DNA of 64,000 nucleotides from Octopus sinensis (GCF_006345805.1 NC_043000.1:38936001-39000000); one strand, 5' to 3'. Counted from the stretch's first letter, positions 1-12,899 are shown. Notes: generated from the sequence alone by a model not told the origin. A program made the numbers and translations.

Positions 1-15
1 AAACACACATACGCG

Positions 16-65
<50 letters not shown>

Positions 66-79
66 AGTATGTATATACA

Positions 80-232
80 CGACGGGCTTCCTTCAGTTTC
101 CCTCTACCAAATCCACCCACAAGGCTATGCTCGGTCCGAGGCTACTGTAGAAAATACTTGACCAATGTGCCATGCAGTGGGACTGAACCTGGAACCATGT
201 GTTTACTTACCACACAGCCACTCCTGCACCTG
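80..232 (-). mobile_element. tRNA-derived SINE, family K (octopus OK/OR-like), 5' half
   Basis: Minus strand reads GCAGGAGTGGCTGTGTGGTAAG...GGTTCCAGGTTCAGTCCCACTGCATGGCAC...GGAAACTGAAGGAAGCCCGTCG followed by (TA)/(TG) repeats; same sequence recurs at 1178, 8990, 33970, 58860 and 59530. Confidence 0.8.
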
Positions 233-461
233 TCTACTACTTACCACAAACTCTTCCGTATTTTCCTTTTCTTCAGGGTATTCTAAGAGTGTGAATTGTG
301 GGACACTTGACTGCTGCTTTCAGCATGTCGATCCATAATGCTGAGGCTTCCGATTTTGGCTGGTGTTCGGACCGTGTGCAGATATACGCAGCCAAAGTGG
401 AATGAGAAAAAAAAATACAACCATTGATGTCATTTTATTTTGCCCTGTGATTGCGCCTGTA

Positions 462-760
462 TTAGTGGTTAAGGCATTCAGCTCACGATTGTAAGTGTGC
501 GGGTTCGATTCCCGGCGGTGCTTTATGCCCTTGAGCAAGACAATATATTTCACGTTCCTCCAGTCCACTCAGTTGCCAAAAGTAATTCAAAGGGTCGGCC
601 ATGTCACATTCAGTGCCATGCTGAATCTCACTGAAAGCTATGTTAACTGTACGCGTGTGTCTGTGGAGTACACAGCCACATGTACCCCGGTTTCACGAGA
701 AGGCTCTCCTGTTGATTGAATCACCTGGAACGCTCGTCGTCGTAAGCGACGGAGTACCAG
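462..760 (+). mobile_element. tRNA-derived SINE with CORE-like central domain, family C
   Basis: A-box-like TAGTGGTTAAG, B-box GGTTCGATTCC, then CCCTTGAGCAAGACA...TTTCACGTT.CTCCAGTCCACTCAG; homologous copy at 29095-29410 (-). Confidence 0.75.
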
Positions 761-1177
761 TCTGTTTTGCCCTGATATATCAGCACAACTACATTGTTTG
801 AGGAATGTCAACATAGATTTACATATCAATGACGAACAAGTATCGATAAAGCAATACATAATTTAATTCTGTTGTGTGTTGTGTGTGTCTCTGTGTGCTT
901 GCGCGCGTGTGTGTCTGTGTGTGTGTGTGTGTGTATGTGTGTGTGTGTGTTCCACTCAATGCTCGAGTGAGCGTGTGTGAGCGTGTTTACATATATATGC
1001 ATGTAGGTATATGCATATGTATGCATGAATGTATGTGTATGTGTGTGTGCATGTATATATATTATATATATGTAGTTACATGAATATATATATAGAGAGA
1101 AAGAGAGGTGCGTGCATGCATGCATGTTTGTACTTATATGGAATATATATACAAATGTACGTACGTATGTCTATAGG

Positions 1178-1305
1178 CGCAGGGGTAGCTGTGTGGCAAG
1201 TTGCTTGGTCAAGTCTTTTCTACTGTAGCCTCGAGCCGACCAAAGCCTTGTAAGTGGATTTAGTAGACGGAAACTGAAAAGAAGCCCGTATATATATAAT
1301 ATATA

Positions 1306-1357
<52 letters not shown>

Positions 1358-1373
1358 TATGTATGCATGTATG

Positions 1374-1416
<43 letters not shown>

Positions 1417-1630
1417 GTGTGTGAGTGTCTGTTTGTCCCTCCACTATTGCTTGGCAACCCATGTTGGTGTGTTTACGTCCCATAACTTAGCGGTTCGGCA
1501 AAAGAAAGCGATAGAATAAGTACTAGGCTTACAATGAATAAGTCATGGGGTCGCTTTGTTCGACTAAAGGCGGTGCTCCAGCATAGCCGCAGTCAAATGA
1601 CTGAAACAAATAAAAGAATAAAAGAATATA
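1178..1630 (+). mobile_element. SINE family K, near full length, with internal (TA)/(TG) microsatellite
   Basis: Head GCGCAGGGGTAGCTGTGTGG, body GTAGACGGAAACTGAAAAGAAGCCCG, internal microsatellite, 3' tail CAGCATAGCCGCAGTCAAATGACTGAAAC + (TAAAAGAA)n. Confidence 0.85.
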
Positions 1631-2296
1631 TAATATATATGCGTGTGTGCATGTGTGTATATATATATATTTTTCATGTGCGTCTATGTATGTATATACA
1701 TATTATACACACATGCGTATATGCATACGTATATATTGGCGCGTGCGTAATTACGTAGTAAATAGTTTGCTTCTCCACCACATGGTTGCGGGATACATTG
1801 GGCGAACTGTGAAATGTAATGCTAGACTAAGCCACTCTCGAAAAGGCTTGTTTAGCGCGGTTGTCAATTTCTCTCTGTTTCCTTAATGGTATTTCTTCAG
1901 TTATGAATGATTATATGAGTTTCATCAGCAAAGGCCATGATTGAACGACACCTTAAATTCTACAAACCTCAATTATTGATGCTAGTTAATCCTTTGCTCC
2001 GTTTGATATCAGTCTCAATAATCCCTCTTGACATTATTCTAGGATATTATACCGATGCAACTAAAGACTTTTCTAATATATGAAGCTGAATTCAGCTGAA
2101 CTAATCCGAGACACACCGTAAAGGGGAAGTTCTATGCCAGTATTGTGGAAAGTCGGTTTTAGCAACGTTACTTTCTTTACACATATTGCTTCAAAAATAG
2201 AGGAATTAAGAACACCACAAACATATTAAAATATCGTAGGAAATCCGATAGAGCAGACCATTCTTCAATGTGAAACAGGAAAGTATCTTATATTAA

Positions 2297-2798
2297 ACTC
2301 GCAGTATCGCCCGGCGTTGCTCGGGTTTGTAAGGGAAATAACTATATAAGCATTTTTAGAGAGTTACTTCCCTTATAGATGCCAATTCGGGCTTTCTTAG
2401 CCATTTCTGTTTTGGTGTCTTCAAGCCATGAAGTCGTTGTTCTAAAAGAACGCTGGTCTCCTTGACAACGCTTTACGACGTTGATCTCCTTACACTCCCT
2501 TCCCCACAGCTTCACGAGGGAGGGAAGAAAGGGGAGAAGCAAACAGGTGCAGGTGTGACCATGAACGCCAACTCCGCCGCCATCGACACACGAAAAATTA
2601 TGCATTAAAATGGAATAAAAAATTATGATAAATTATTTTTAAAATCGTAGACTCACCGTAGACGCGCGCTAATACTCAGATGGGCTCGATATGAATCACG
2701 ACTATAAGATACTCGAATTTGGTTAAACTGCACCGCAAAATGTGGGAGTAGTTAGGAATCTAAACACTGACACAACTACAGTTTTATATATATAGATA
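2297..2798 (+). mobile_element. Non-autonomous Helitron/Helentron-like (DINE/HINE-type) element
   Basis: Starts ACTCGCAGTATCGCCCGGCGTTGCTCGGG (ACTAG..CCCGGCGTTGC.CGGG-type end with GC hairpin) and ends CAGTTTTATATATATAGAT, both typical termini of this class; no ORF. Confidence 0.6.
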
Positions 2799-3559
2799 AT
2801 ATTAAAAAATTTGTGAATTATTTAAACACATGATCAGAACTCTTCATGAAATCTTACCACATTGTAAGTACTTGCTGAAATGCTGGAGATATCACTGACA
2901 CAGGATTAATTCTTTTAAGTATTACACATTTCCTGTATGAATTTCGATTTCAACTTCTTACTTCATTGTTTTCTATTGTATAGTATGTTTATTTTCTCCG
3001 CAAAACCTTATAGAATATTTCAATACTATAGCAAGAGCCGCATTGCTCTTTAATTCTCCTTCTCTGTATTTGGGAACTTTTGAAAAAGACCTTTTGAAAA
3101 GCAATCGTAAAAATAGTTTTGTCCCTTCTAACACAATAGTCAACACGCATGAATGGAAAATATGCCGATACTCTGTAGCTTCATATTTATACAGGTATAT
3201 CTCCGTGGGTGGTTACTAGTCACATATCAACCAAAGATTGGGTGCATTTACAAGCGAGGCGTGAAATTAACAGTAATGTCGTATTACTGTATCCAAGGAT
3301 TATATATATAAATATGTATGTATGTATGTATTTATAGAGTGTTTGCATATTGTATATTAACAAGAAGGAAGCAGTCAGAATTTTGGAGCAAAAATGGAAC
3401 AGAGGACCATAAAACATTCGGACAAATAGACAATACAAAGGCAGAGAGGTGGAACAACAATTAGAAGGACAGGGGAAAAAAGGACGGGTCATACGTGGCC
3501 TTCCTTCAGTCAAGTTATCAGAATTCCTGACTGCTTCGGGAGGTTACACTTGAGACAGT

Positions 3560-3872
3560 TGGATCTGGTTGCCCCCCAAAAAGTCTAAGCTAAGAGCATT
3601 AGATATTTGTTGTAAGTAAGCTAGCGAATATGTACAGCAACAAAGACAAAAAAAACGGAGAACATGGTACACAATTACAAATAGAAACAACAAGAATATA
3701 ACAACAGGTGTATTTCGACTGAGAACGAATCCAATTGAGCTGGCGTGTATGAAGTGAAAGCCTAAAGGCAGGAACATAGATGGACATAAGAGGTGTTGGT
3801 GGTCGGCATTCAGGCCAAGAAAGAAAGATCATGGCTGGCCGAACACCGGTCACGTGGAAGGAGAGAGGGGTA
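3560..3872 (-). repeat. Dispersed repeat, unclassified; homologous to 55590-55890
   Basis: Shared CCACGTGACCGG.GTTCGGCC...CTTGGCCTG...CATACACG.C.GCT...AGTCGAAA...TTAGCTTAG blocks in opposite orientations. Confidence 0.7.
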
Positions 3873-4079
3873 GGGAGCAGTGGAAATGAAGGGTTAGAAA
3901 AAAATCAGTGACAAAGGGAAAGGTACGGTGGAGATAAACAAGGACAAAAAGTGGGAGTTAGCAGTAGTAGTGGAGGTGGGGGGCGATGGCAGTAGTAGCA
4001 GTAGAAGTTGCAGAAGTGGTGGTGGTGGTGGTGCTGGTGATGATGGTTTTATATATATATATATCAATTCAAGATCACA

Positions 4080-4378
4080 GCATACATGTACACTGCAACA
4101 TAATTTCTTTTCCTCAACAGGACCTGCCCTATTTAACATTGTCCCAAAAGTGATCAAAGAGGAAAAGGATCCCATCAACTTTAAACGGAGTCTAGATAGA
4201 TTCCTTCAAGGAATACCAGATAAGCCACCCATAATTGGATACAACTCACCCAACAAAAACTCACAACTTGAATGGACCATAAACAAAACTTGACTTAAAC
4301 AGGATTCAAATAATCCTATCAGGTGGTGCTATTAAGTTAGACATGGCCTGGACCAATCATTGGTCGAAACATATCTAA
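4080..4378 (+). mobile_element. 3' end of a CR1/L2-group LINE
   Basis: Frame 3928..4293 ends ...FSSTGPALFNIVPK...FKRSLDRFLQGIPDKP...NS, a typical CR1-group ORF2 C-terminus; followed by a CATGGCC-hairpin-GAAAC tail and (TA)n. Confidence 0.75.
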
Positions 4379-4403
4379 GATTTATATAAATAATATATAT
4401 ATA

Positions 4404-4460
<57 letters not shown>

Positions 4461-4509
4461 TATATACAGATGTATATGTACATAGATCTATATACATATA
4501 TATTGCTTC

Positions 4510-6867
4510 ACGAACAATATGGACATCATTCATAATGGGAAAGTGACATCGACATTAGTCTCAGATCACAACATAGAGCTGTCTATGTTTGGGCCTAAAG
4601 TAACCAGAGACATACAGCATAAAGGAAACACCCGAAATCTCTCCAAGCTGATCTTCCACAAAGCAGATTGGAAATCGATCCAAAGGGCGATCCTCAGAGA
4701 GGACTCTCCGAAATGTCTCTCCACACCAGACATTAACATGAAACTATGATGTTTCATGTCTTCTGTGCAAGCCATATGCTAGAAATATGTCCCAGAGCAC
4801 AAGGCCAAAACAAATAGGAACGACGGACGAAAGTTGCAAATCGATTCCACCAACATCCCAAAAGCAGCGAAACGTCCTGCCTAAAGCAACACTGATGGGG
4901 ATCAAAAAAAAGGCTGCAACAATCGTATGTGAGGGAGAAAGCAGACAAAGAAGCCTGGGTTATAAAAAACATTAAGTCAAACCCAAAGGCCTTCTTTTAT
5001 TACGCGAAAGAAACAGCCTCAGTACACTACAAGATAGGACCCTTCCTCCAAAAGGATGGCTCCCTCACAAACAGTACAAATAAGATCAGTGAGATACTGA
5101 ATGACCACTTCAAAAGTGTATTTACCACCCGTTGGAACTCAGACAAGTGAACAAACCAGTGGACTTCTTTGCCGCCTCACCTATAACCAGCGAGGCAGTT
5201 ACAATGGAATACATTGACATTAGCGAAGAAGATATACTACTAGCCATAGATGAAGTGAACAGAAACTCTACCGCTGGTCGTGGTGGTTTCCCAGCAATCC
5301 TCCTCAAATCGTATAAGCATGCCCTGGCAAAACCCCTCCAGTGCTCTTCGAGAGCATTCTTACAAATGGTAAACTGCCAAGCAAGCTGAAGGAGGGAATA
5401 ATATGCCCAATACATAAAGGGGGAAGTAGAGCAGATGCCAAAAACTATAGACCTATCTCTCTGATTTCACACATCAGCAAAGTCATGGATCGGGTAGTCA
5501 GAGGGAAGCTAATCGCAGAAAATAACTTGCTGAGTGATACCCACCATGGTTTTCGACCAGGTAGGAGCTGCCTGACCCAGCTCTTACAACATTATGAATG
5601 GGTGTTCAGGCAGTTACTCAACAAATCAAATGTGGACGTAATATACCTTGATTTTGCAAAAGCTTTTGACAAGGTGGATCATGGTATGATATGCCACAAA
5701 CTGCGTGACCTTGACATAGCTGGAAAATTTGGAGAGTGGTTACATGACTTGCTGAATGATAGGAGTCAGGCATTAGTGGCTAATGGAGCCACCTCTATGA
5801 ACACACAAATAGTGACCGGTGTTCCACAGGGCACTGTCTTGGGACCACTGCTTTTTATAGTGGCCCTCTCAGATATACCCTCAAATGCCCGGATAGCCAT
5901 TCTGGCAAGCTATGCAGATGATACGAAAGTCTCATAGAATATACAGAACCTCAGCGATGTTGCACACTTGCAGCAGATGTTGGACTCAATTTACAGATGG
6001 GCTGAGGATAATAATATGTAGTTTAATGCTGAAAAATTCCAAGCCCTGCGCTACCAGCATCCAAAACTGAATATGAAACTTACGGGGTACACCGGTCCAA
6101 AGGGAATTTGAATCCCAGAGCCTAAGTCAGTGAGGACCTGGGTATCGACATGAGTGATGATACCTCTTTCCAAGTGCACATTACCAGGATGGCGACAAAG
6201 TGCAGACGACTAGCTGGCTGGATCCTAAGAACATTCAGAACCAGAGATAAGGAAACCATGATGGTCCTCTGGCAGACATTTGTCCTCAGCCGCCTGGATT
6301 ACTGCTCACAGCTATGGTCACCCAGCAGTGTGAAATTAACAGCAGACCTTGAAGCAATCCAGAGGAGATTCACAAAGAAGATCGTCTCATTGCAACAGCT
6401 CAGCTACTGGGAAAGGTTGAAACAGCTAAGACTCTACTCTCTGGAGAGAAGACGGGAGAGGTATGCAGTAATATATATCTGGAAGATCCTGGAAGGAATT
6501 GTGCCAAATTTTGGCATTGAAAGCTGCACCAATGTCAGAACGGAACGACACTGCATAATGCCATCACACTCCAGGACCAGTTACTGCAACAGCCTGGGTT
6601 TCAAGGGCCCACAGCTTTTTAATATTTTCACAGAGTCTGAAGAACTAGCATAAAGTAGATGTAGGGTTTTTTTAATCAAAGCTGGACCTCTTCCTGTCGA
6701 GAGTCCCAGACGAACCTACCTCACGGCAAGAGGTGCAAATGAAGGTAGCTATATCAAACTCCATTCTTCATCAAGTGCCACATATTAGAGGAGGCTCTGA
6801 GTAATAACAGTGTAGCACAATACGGCAGTGCATCAGCATGGCCGCAGCTCTGAGCTGAAACTAGAAA

Positions 6868-6870
<3 letters not shown>
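4510..6870 (+). mobile_element. CR1/L2-group (Jockey superfamily) LINE, 5'-truncated, degenerate ORF2 (APE end + RT)
   Basis: SDH motif (LVSDHN) and KADW; RT motifs NYRPISL, HGFRPGRSCLTQLL, YLDFAKAFDKVDH, GVPQGTVLGPLLF, YADDTK; C-terminal LDYCSQLWSP, LEAIQRRFTK, SLERRRER; in-frame stops and frameshifts; (TA)n on both sides. Confidence 0.93.
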
Positions 6871-6917
<47 letters not shown>

Positions 6918-6918
<1 letters not shown>

Positions 6919-7100
6919 CATGTGTGGGCACAGGACATCACGAAATGTGTACAACAAAAAATACGAAGTACGAGTAGATGGAACATGAATTATTCTTTGG
7001 AACAGCGAAAGACACAATTGGAAAACAAAGCAAAGAACATAAAGAACGACCCTTCATCAGTTATTGGGTTTTTTCTCGTCTCGTATTTCGAGCATACACA
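6918..7100. repeat. Dispersed repeat family; homologous to 10030-10190 and partly to 9410-9480
   Basis: Shared GTACAACAAAAA.ATACGAA..ACGAGTA...GAACATGAATTATTCTTT.GAACA.CGAAAGACACAA...GTCTCGTATTTCGAGCAT. Confidence 0.75.
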
Positions 7101-7319
7101 CAAATACACGTAATGCCTTTGAAAGCAGCGTGTTAGTCGGCAAATCGATTCGTCAATAAGGTTTCCTCATCCGTTGATAATTCTTAGGTCAGTACTCCCT
7201 TTGGGAAAGGCATCAATACACAACATCTCATAGCCTTGGCTTAGAAATACTGAGATTTGTTCTTGCTCAAATACGTTGATTTAACAATTATTGTTAGCTT
7301 TAGGAACACAAACGACATT

Positions 7320-7320
<1 letters not shown>

Positions 7321-7371
<51 letters not shown>

Positions 7372-7470
7372 TGTAGTTGTAGTAGTTTTGGTGATGGTGG
7401 TGATGGTGGTGGTAGTAGTAGTGGTGGTGGAGGTGGTGATGGTAGTAGTACTAGCAGCAGCAGCAGCAAC

Positions 7471-7504
<34 letters not shown>

Positions 7505-7620
7505 ATTATAGTAGTAGTAGTGGTGGTGGTTCTGGTTGTGGTGGCTGTGGTGGTTGTGGTGGTGGTGGTGGTGGTGGTGGTGGTGGTGGTAGAAGCATTA
7601 GTGATACTAATTGTTGTTAT
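7321..7620. repeat. Compound (GTA)n/(GGT)n trinucleotide microsatellite
   Basis: Direct reading; source of the poly-Ser/Gly/Val/Thr ORFs. Confidence 0.95.
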
Positions 7621-8431
7621 GGCTGATAGATTTTTTTTTTTTACTTCCCTCTGCTGCTCTCTTACCGTTACAGCAGCATGTGGTTTGGTGTTTGTTATTT
7701 TCATTGTTGTTGCCGCTGTTGCTGCTGCTGCTGCTAATTATGATGATAATACTGTTAATCTGCTTTTAATGGTGGCGACAGGGCTTCAGCACTAGAATAT
7801 CCCGAGTATTAATGTTGTCGTTGGTGGAGGTAGTGGTGGTGGAGTTGTTAGTGGTGTGGGTGAGGTGGTGGCGATGGCGGAGTATTCGACGGAGAGGGAA
7901 GAGAACAATGGTGGAGGGGAGTAAGTGCTCTGGTTGCATATATATTTATTACAGGATCCATAATATAAAATCCTGGCGTTTTTATGTCTGCCGCCAGCAA
8001 TTAACCGAATTACATCAAACACCACGTGTTTGTGTCTCTCTGCGTGGAGAATTTACAACAAACGTAAACCTTGGTGAGTATCAACAATCTCATTATATCT
8101 AAAACATTGTTGTGGCATGCTGATCACTAAAGTTAGCTGCCCATGTCAAAAGCAACTGTTGCGCTTTGACTGAGGTGGTCTAGTCTGTCTCTGTTCTGTT
8201 CAGTATCAGAAATGAGACACAGGGTCACGGGAATACACAAAAGAATGGGGTAAACGCAGAAACTTCAAAGTAATGTCCACGACACATAGTAGTTATATTA
8301 GACCAGTGGTTTTCCAAGACGGAGTCCACGCCCCGCCTGTGAGGCGTCGGACTTCCGAGTCGGGTATGTATAAAAAGGACATTGCTAGAAAAGGTTTATT
8401 AAGACTACTTTTGAGAATATGTACATATATG

Positions 8432-8506
<75 letters not shown>

Positions 8507-8514
8507 ATATATAT

Positions 8515-8545
<31 letters not shown>

Positions 8546-8569
8546 ATATATTATATATATATATATGTA

Positions 8570-8787
8570 CACTTTTACTTGTTTCTGTCATTTTGACTGC
8601 AGCCATGGTAGAACACACCATTTAGTCGAACAAATCAACCCGACGACTTATTCTTTGTAAGCCTAGTACTTATTCTTTCGGTCTCTTTTTCCGAACCGCT
8701 AAGTTACGGGTACGTAAACTCAACAATATCGGTTGTCAAGCGATGGTAGCGGGACAAAGACAGACACACGAATACATACATACATAC

Positions 8788-8823
<36 letters not shown>

Positions 8824-8902
8824 TATGTGTGTGTGGTGTGTGTGTGTGTATACATATGTATATATATATATATATAATATATATATATATAATATATGTA
8901 TG

Positions 8903-8969
<67 letters not shown>

Positions 8970-9145
8970 TATATATATATGCGTAGGGCTTCTTTCAGTT
9001 TTCGTCTACCAGATCCACTCACAAGGCTTTATTCGACCCGCGGCCATAGTAGAAGGCTCTTGACCGAGGTGCCACGCAGTGGGACTGAACCTGGAGCTAT
9101 GTGGTTGGAAAGCAAGCTTCTTACCACACAGGCACTCCTGCGCCT
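8570..9145 (-). mobile_element. SINE family K with expanded internal microsatellite
   Basis: Head near 9140 (GCGCAGGAGTGCCTGTGTGGTAAG on minus), body GTAGACGAAAACTGAAAGAAGCCC, tail ATGGCTGCAGTCAAAATGACAGAAACAAG near 8580. Confidence 0.85.
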
Positions 9146-9490
9146 ATACCTCTATATGTACCTATGTGGATGTGTATGAAAGTGTGCGCGCGTGTATGTG
9201 TGTTAGGTGGGTCAGTGTGTGAGTGTGTGTGCATGTGTGTGTGTGCGGAGCTTGTATATGTATATGTATTTATGCTGAAGAGAAGATAACCACTCCGAAG
9301 TGCATGCACAAAGGAATCTGGTTAGCGTGGTTGCGAACTGCCTTCCTATCAGTCAACACCCGAGATTTTTTCATTTTCCATAGCAAAATACAGTGAATGA
9401 TTTTCTTACGGTCGAATATCTACTCGTGCTACGTATGTTTTTGTTGTACACGTTTCATGACATCCTCTGGCCACACATGCTTATATATAT

Positions 9491-9720
9491 TTTTTTCTTT
9501 ATTGCCCACAAGGGGCTCAGCATAGAGGGAACAAACAAGGACAGACAAAGGAATTAAGTCGATTACATCGACCTCAGTGCGAAACTGGTACTTTATCGAC
9601 TCGGAAAGGATGAAATGCAAAATCGACCTCGGCGGAATTTGAACTCAGAACGTAACGGCAGACGAAATACGGCTACGCATTTCGACCGGCGTGCTAACGT
9701 TTCTGCCAGCTCGCCGCCTT
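9491..9720 (-). mobile_element. tRNA-derived SINE family M (Meta-domain-like core), tail type A
   Basis: Minus strand: GGCGGCGAGCTGGCAGAAACGTTAGCAC (A box) ...GAGTTCAAATTCC (B box) GCCGAGGTCGA.TTTGC.TTTCATCCTTTC.GAGTCGATAAAGTACCAG... tail CCCCTTGTGGGCAATAAAGAAA; the Meta-domain label is recalled, not verified. Confidence 0.85.
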
Positions 9721-9726
9721 ACAAAT

Positions 9727-9730
<4 letters not shown>

Positions 9731-9805
<75 letters not shown>

Positions 9806-9810
9806 ATATA

Positions 9811-9866
<56 letters not shown>

Positions 9867-9867
9867 G

Positions 9868-9926
<59 letters not shown>
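9731..9926. repeat. (TA)n microsatellite, about 195 bp
   Basis: Direct reading. Confidence 0.95.
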
Positions 9927-9929
<3 letters not shown>

Positions 9930-10691
9930 GGATGAATATATAATATTTATTAACAATAATTATTATAATATATAGTAATTATTAAACAATAATAATCCTT
10001 GGATGGAATTTATAAATTCAGGAGGCCAAGAAACATGTACAACAAAAATATACGAACCACGAGTACACTGAACATGAATTATTCTTTCGAACAACGAAAG
10101 ACACAAATGGAAAATAAGACAAAAAGCATAAAGAACGAATCAGCTGTTGGCTATTTTCCAGTCTCGTATTTCGAGCATTTAACAACAATATACGCTTTCG
10201 ATAAAACAGTTGCCCCCGCAAAGCAAATTAAATAAAATTTCGGATTTTGCAGAGGGTCAAAACACAAACAGGATGGTGAAAACAAACAGGAAGGACTGCT
10301 AAGCCTAAACGAAGTGGTGGTGGCGAACGCGTAAATCAAGCGTGGAAAGGAGACGAGTAAGAACACATCTTACTTGTTCCAGCTATAACGCTGAGAAAGA
10401 AGGAAACACAAGTTAAAAGAAAGATGGCCGATGGTCACGTGAGCAACAGAGGAGGAGGGAGGGAGACAGAGTGACAGAGTAATAGGAAAGGATAATGAGA
10501 GAAGAGGAGGTAAAAGAATAAGAAAGAGAAAGAGAGAAAAACGAAAGAGTAAAAAGTTCGTATAAAGTGCGCACCGGAATTAAGTTAAAACTTACTTGGA
10601 AGAGGATGTGTGGCGTTCAATCATATAATAATAAAAATAATATATATATATGCATATGTACATACGTATATGTGCATACTTACATCTATAC

Positions 10692-10731
<40 letters not shown>

Positions 10732-11185
10732 TTGTGAGGGGGTTCTCATTGGTCAAACTTTGTAAACAACCCTCAGTTAAACATCCATTAATGCTATTTC
10801 GCACGAAGAAATGAATGCATTAACATAATGTAGCCTATGTCCATGGATAGCACGGACTGTACTGTAATCATCTCAGGAATACGGACTATGATCTTAAGAC
10901 ACATGTAATTTGAGGAAACGCGCGTAGCGATACATTAAAACATTTATAAATTCCATCCAAGGATTATTATTGTTTAATAATTACTATATATTCATCCTAC
11001 ATTACATCGGCACAGCTCGGTACAACCCCCACAAACTGGTATCGCTAGTTGGCCTCATTCGGCTGCAACCTACATAATGTTTTCATGGGCATATTCAAAA
11101 CGTTTACCCGTTTACCATAAACGAACTTAAGGGATATATACACACATATACATACATACATACATACATACATACATACATACAT

Positions 11186-11225
<40 letters not shown>

Positions 11226-11519
11226 AATATATATATATATATATATACATGCATACACACACACACACACACTTTACAAAAGAGCTACTAATAGTTTCAT
11301 ACTTGAGAGACACAATGTAAAAGCAGATTTATATAACCTGCCTTGAATTTCCAAGCAATCTTTCAAGTCAAGTGCATATCGTTAGATGCATTTAAAAACG
11401 CTAAGAAAAAAAAAACGAGAAGAAAAATGCGATTGATAGAACGAAAACCAAACTCATTGACCTCTTTGTATCTAGAAATCATAATGATTGTGCCACGTGT
11501 AGAATAATATGAGAGAAAA

Positions 11520-12350
11520 AAGGCCGAAGTCTGTGAGATAGCTACTCAATCCGGAGCGTGTTGAGTCCTCAAGTTTGATAAAATAAGCTTATTTATGAGC
11601 TCGCGTTCCCTAAAAATAATGGATCAGGAATTAAACAGTGTGCTGTAGTCCTTGGACACACGTGAAAGGATATGCCGTCGCTCAGTTACGTATAACTTGC
11701 ATCATTTATGTATGGTATAGGTTTCTGCACGAGTTTCTACTTTATTGTCTGTAGTATGCTGTTGGTCTTCCGATTTCATACTTGGCTAGCCAACTTAGTG
11801 GTTTTATTTTTCGCAACGTGTCGGACAGAAGACTAGTATGTTGCAAAACGGCTTTTAAAATTGCCTTCACATAAACTGATGTAATTTTTCTTCTCAATTC
11901 TGTTTTCATGGAGCACAGCCTCTAACTTCGGTTTCATAAACAACCGCGTTTATCAAACACGTCCGATGAAGCAGGCAACATTCAAGGTTTCAACAGTTAC
12001 AATTGGGTGTGGATTCTTGATGTGACTTATTAGTAATAATATCCTTCATATTGGGGAAGCAATTGCACAGAATTCTTATCGAGCTGCTATTGGAAATATT
12101 CTTGCATTTGTTTAATAATACCAGAAAAGTCTTGCCTATGTTAGATTTAACATTTCAGGGGAATGTGGTGTGACCATATTATTTTCCTATGTTTATAAAG
12201 TTAACTAAAGTCTTATATGATATCTTATCTGTGAAGTCGCTGTTATTTAGGTCGTTTTTATAGTAAGAGGCTGCTTTATCAAATGTTTCCATTGAAGATA
12301 GATTAAATATCCTACTGATGTAGCGTATCAAGTTTTTAAACACTATAAGA
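11520..12350 (-). mobile_element. Highly degenerate Penelope-like element 1 (RT C-terminal region + GIY-YIG)
   Basis: Manual minus-strand translation across stops and frameshifts: ETFDKAASYYKNDL, NVKSNIGKTFL, CFPNMKDII, NCNC..C....CL..AVVYETEV, KNYISLCEGNFKSRF, matching the PLE NPPF..NVKTNIG / CNC / VVY..YIG pattern; absent from the ORF track. Confidence 0.7.
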
Positions 12351-12899
12351 GGGCGAAAGGTGTAGAACTAGGTAGAATACCAATGACTGAAATCCACTGG
12401 CAATAATTTTACAGTTCAAAAGATCCAGCAACCATAGAATATGTACCAATACTGCCTGCAGTGTTTAGACAATTTACAATATTTCTACCCTTTCAATGTA
12501 TGTCGTCATGGCAATACGCACATCAACACCCACGCGCAAAAACAGATACGGTAATTATGATATCGTGAAGACTCATAGCTTGGTGGTTAGAAAATAACAC
12601 TCTCAATGACATGGTCATAGTTTCGATTCTCGGACCGCTGGTTCGTCGTGTTCTTGAGCAAATTCATTTCACGTTGATCCTGGCCATTCCAACTGTAAAT
12701 GAGATCCTACGCGACGGACTGGCGTCCTGTTCAGGTGGGTCGTTGTGATTTCGGTCCCTTATTGAAAGCCAGGTAACCGGCCCTATGAATCCAATAGACG
12801 ATGTTTTTATAAACACGAAATATAACATTAGGCATGAGTAAGAAATGGAAGGTTTACTGTTGTTGTGAAGTTTTGATTCGCTGATCTTCAGTTGTTGAA

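Noticed and set aside
7045-7175. Hammerhead suggested by CTGATGA (minus, about 7051-7057) and nearby GCTCGAAA
   Set aside because: The motifs are in the wrong order for type I and I could not build stems I and III; the homologous copy at 10140 lacks the core.
7281-7795. Poly-Ser/Gly/Val/Thr ORFs, and the many IYIY, YVCM, LSIY and poly-Leu/Tyr/Asn ORFs throughout the window
   Set aside because: Direct translations of di-, tri- and tetranucleotide microsatellites.
8304-8410. hAT-like terminus CAGTGGTTTTCCAA
   Set aside because: Only one end is visible, with no matching TIR or TSD; a similar single end lies near 33245-33260.
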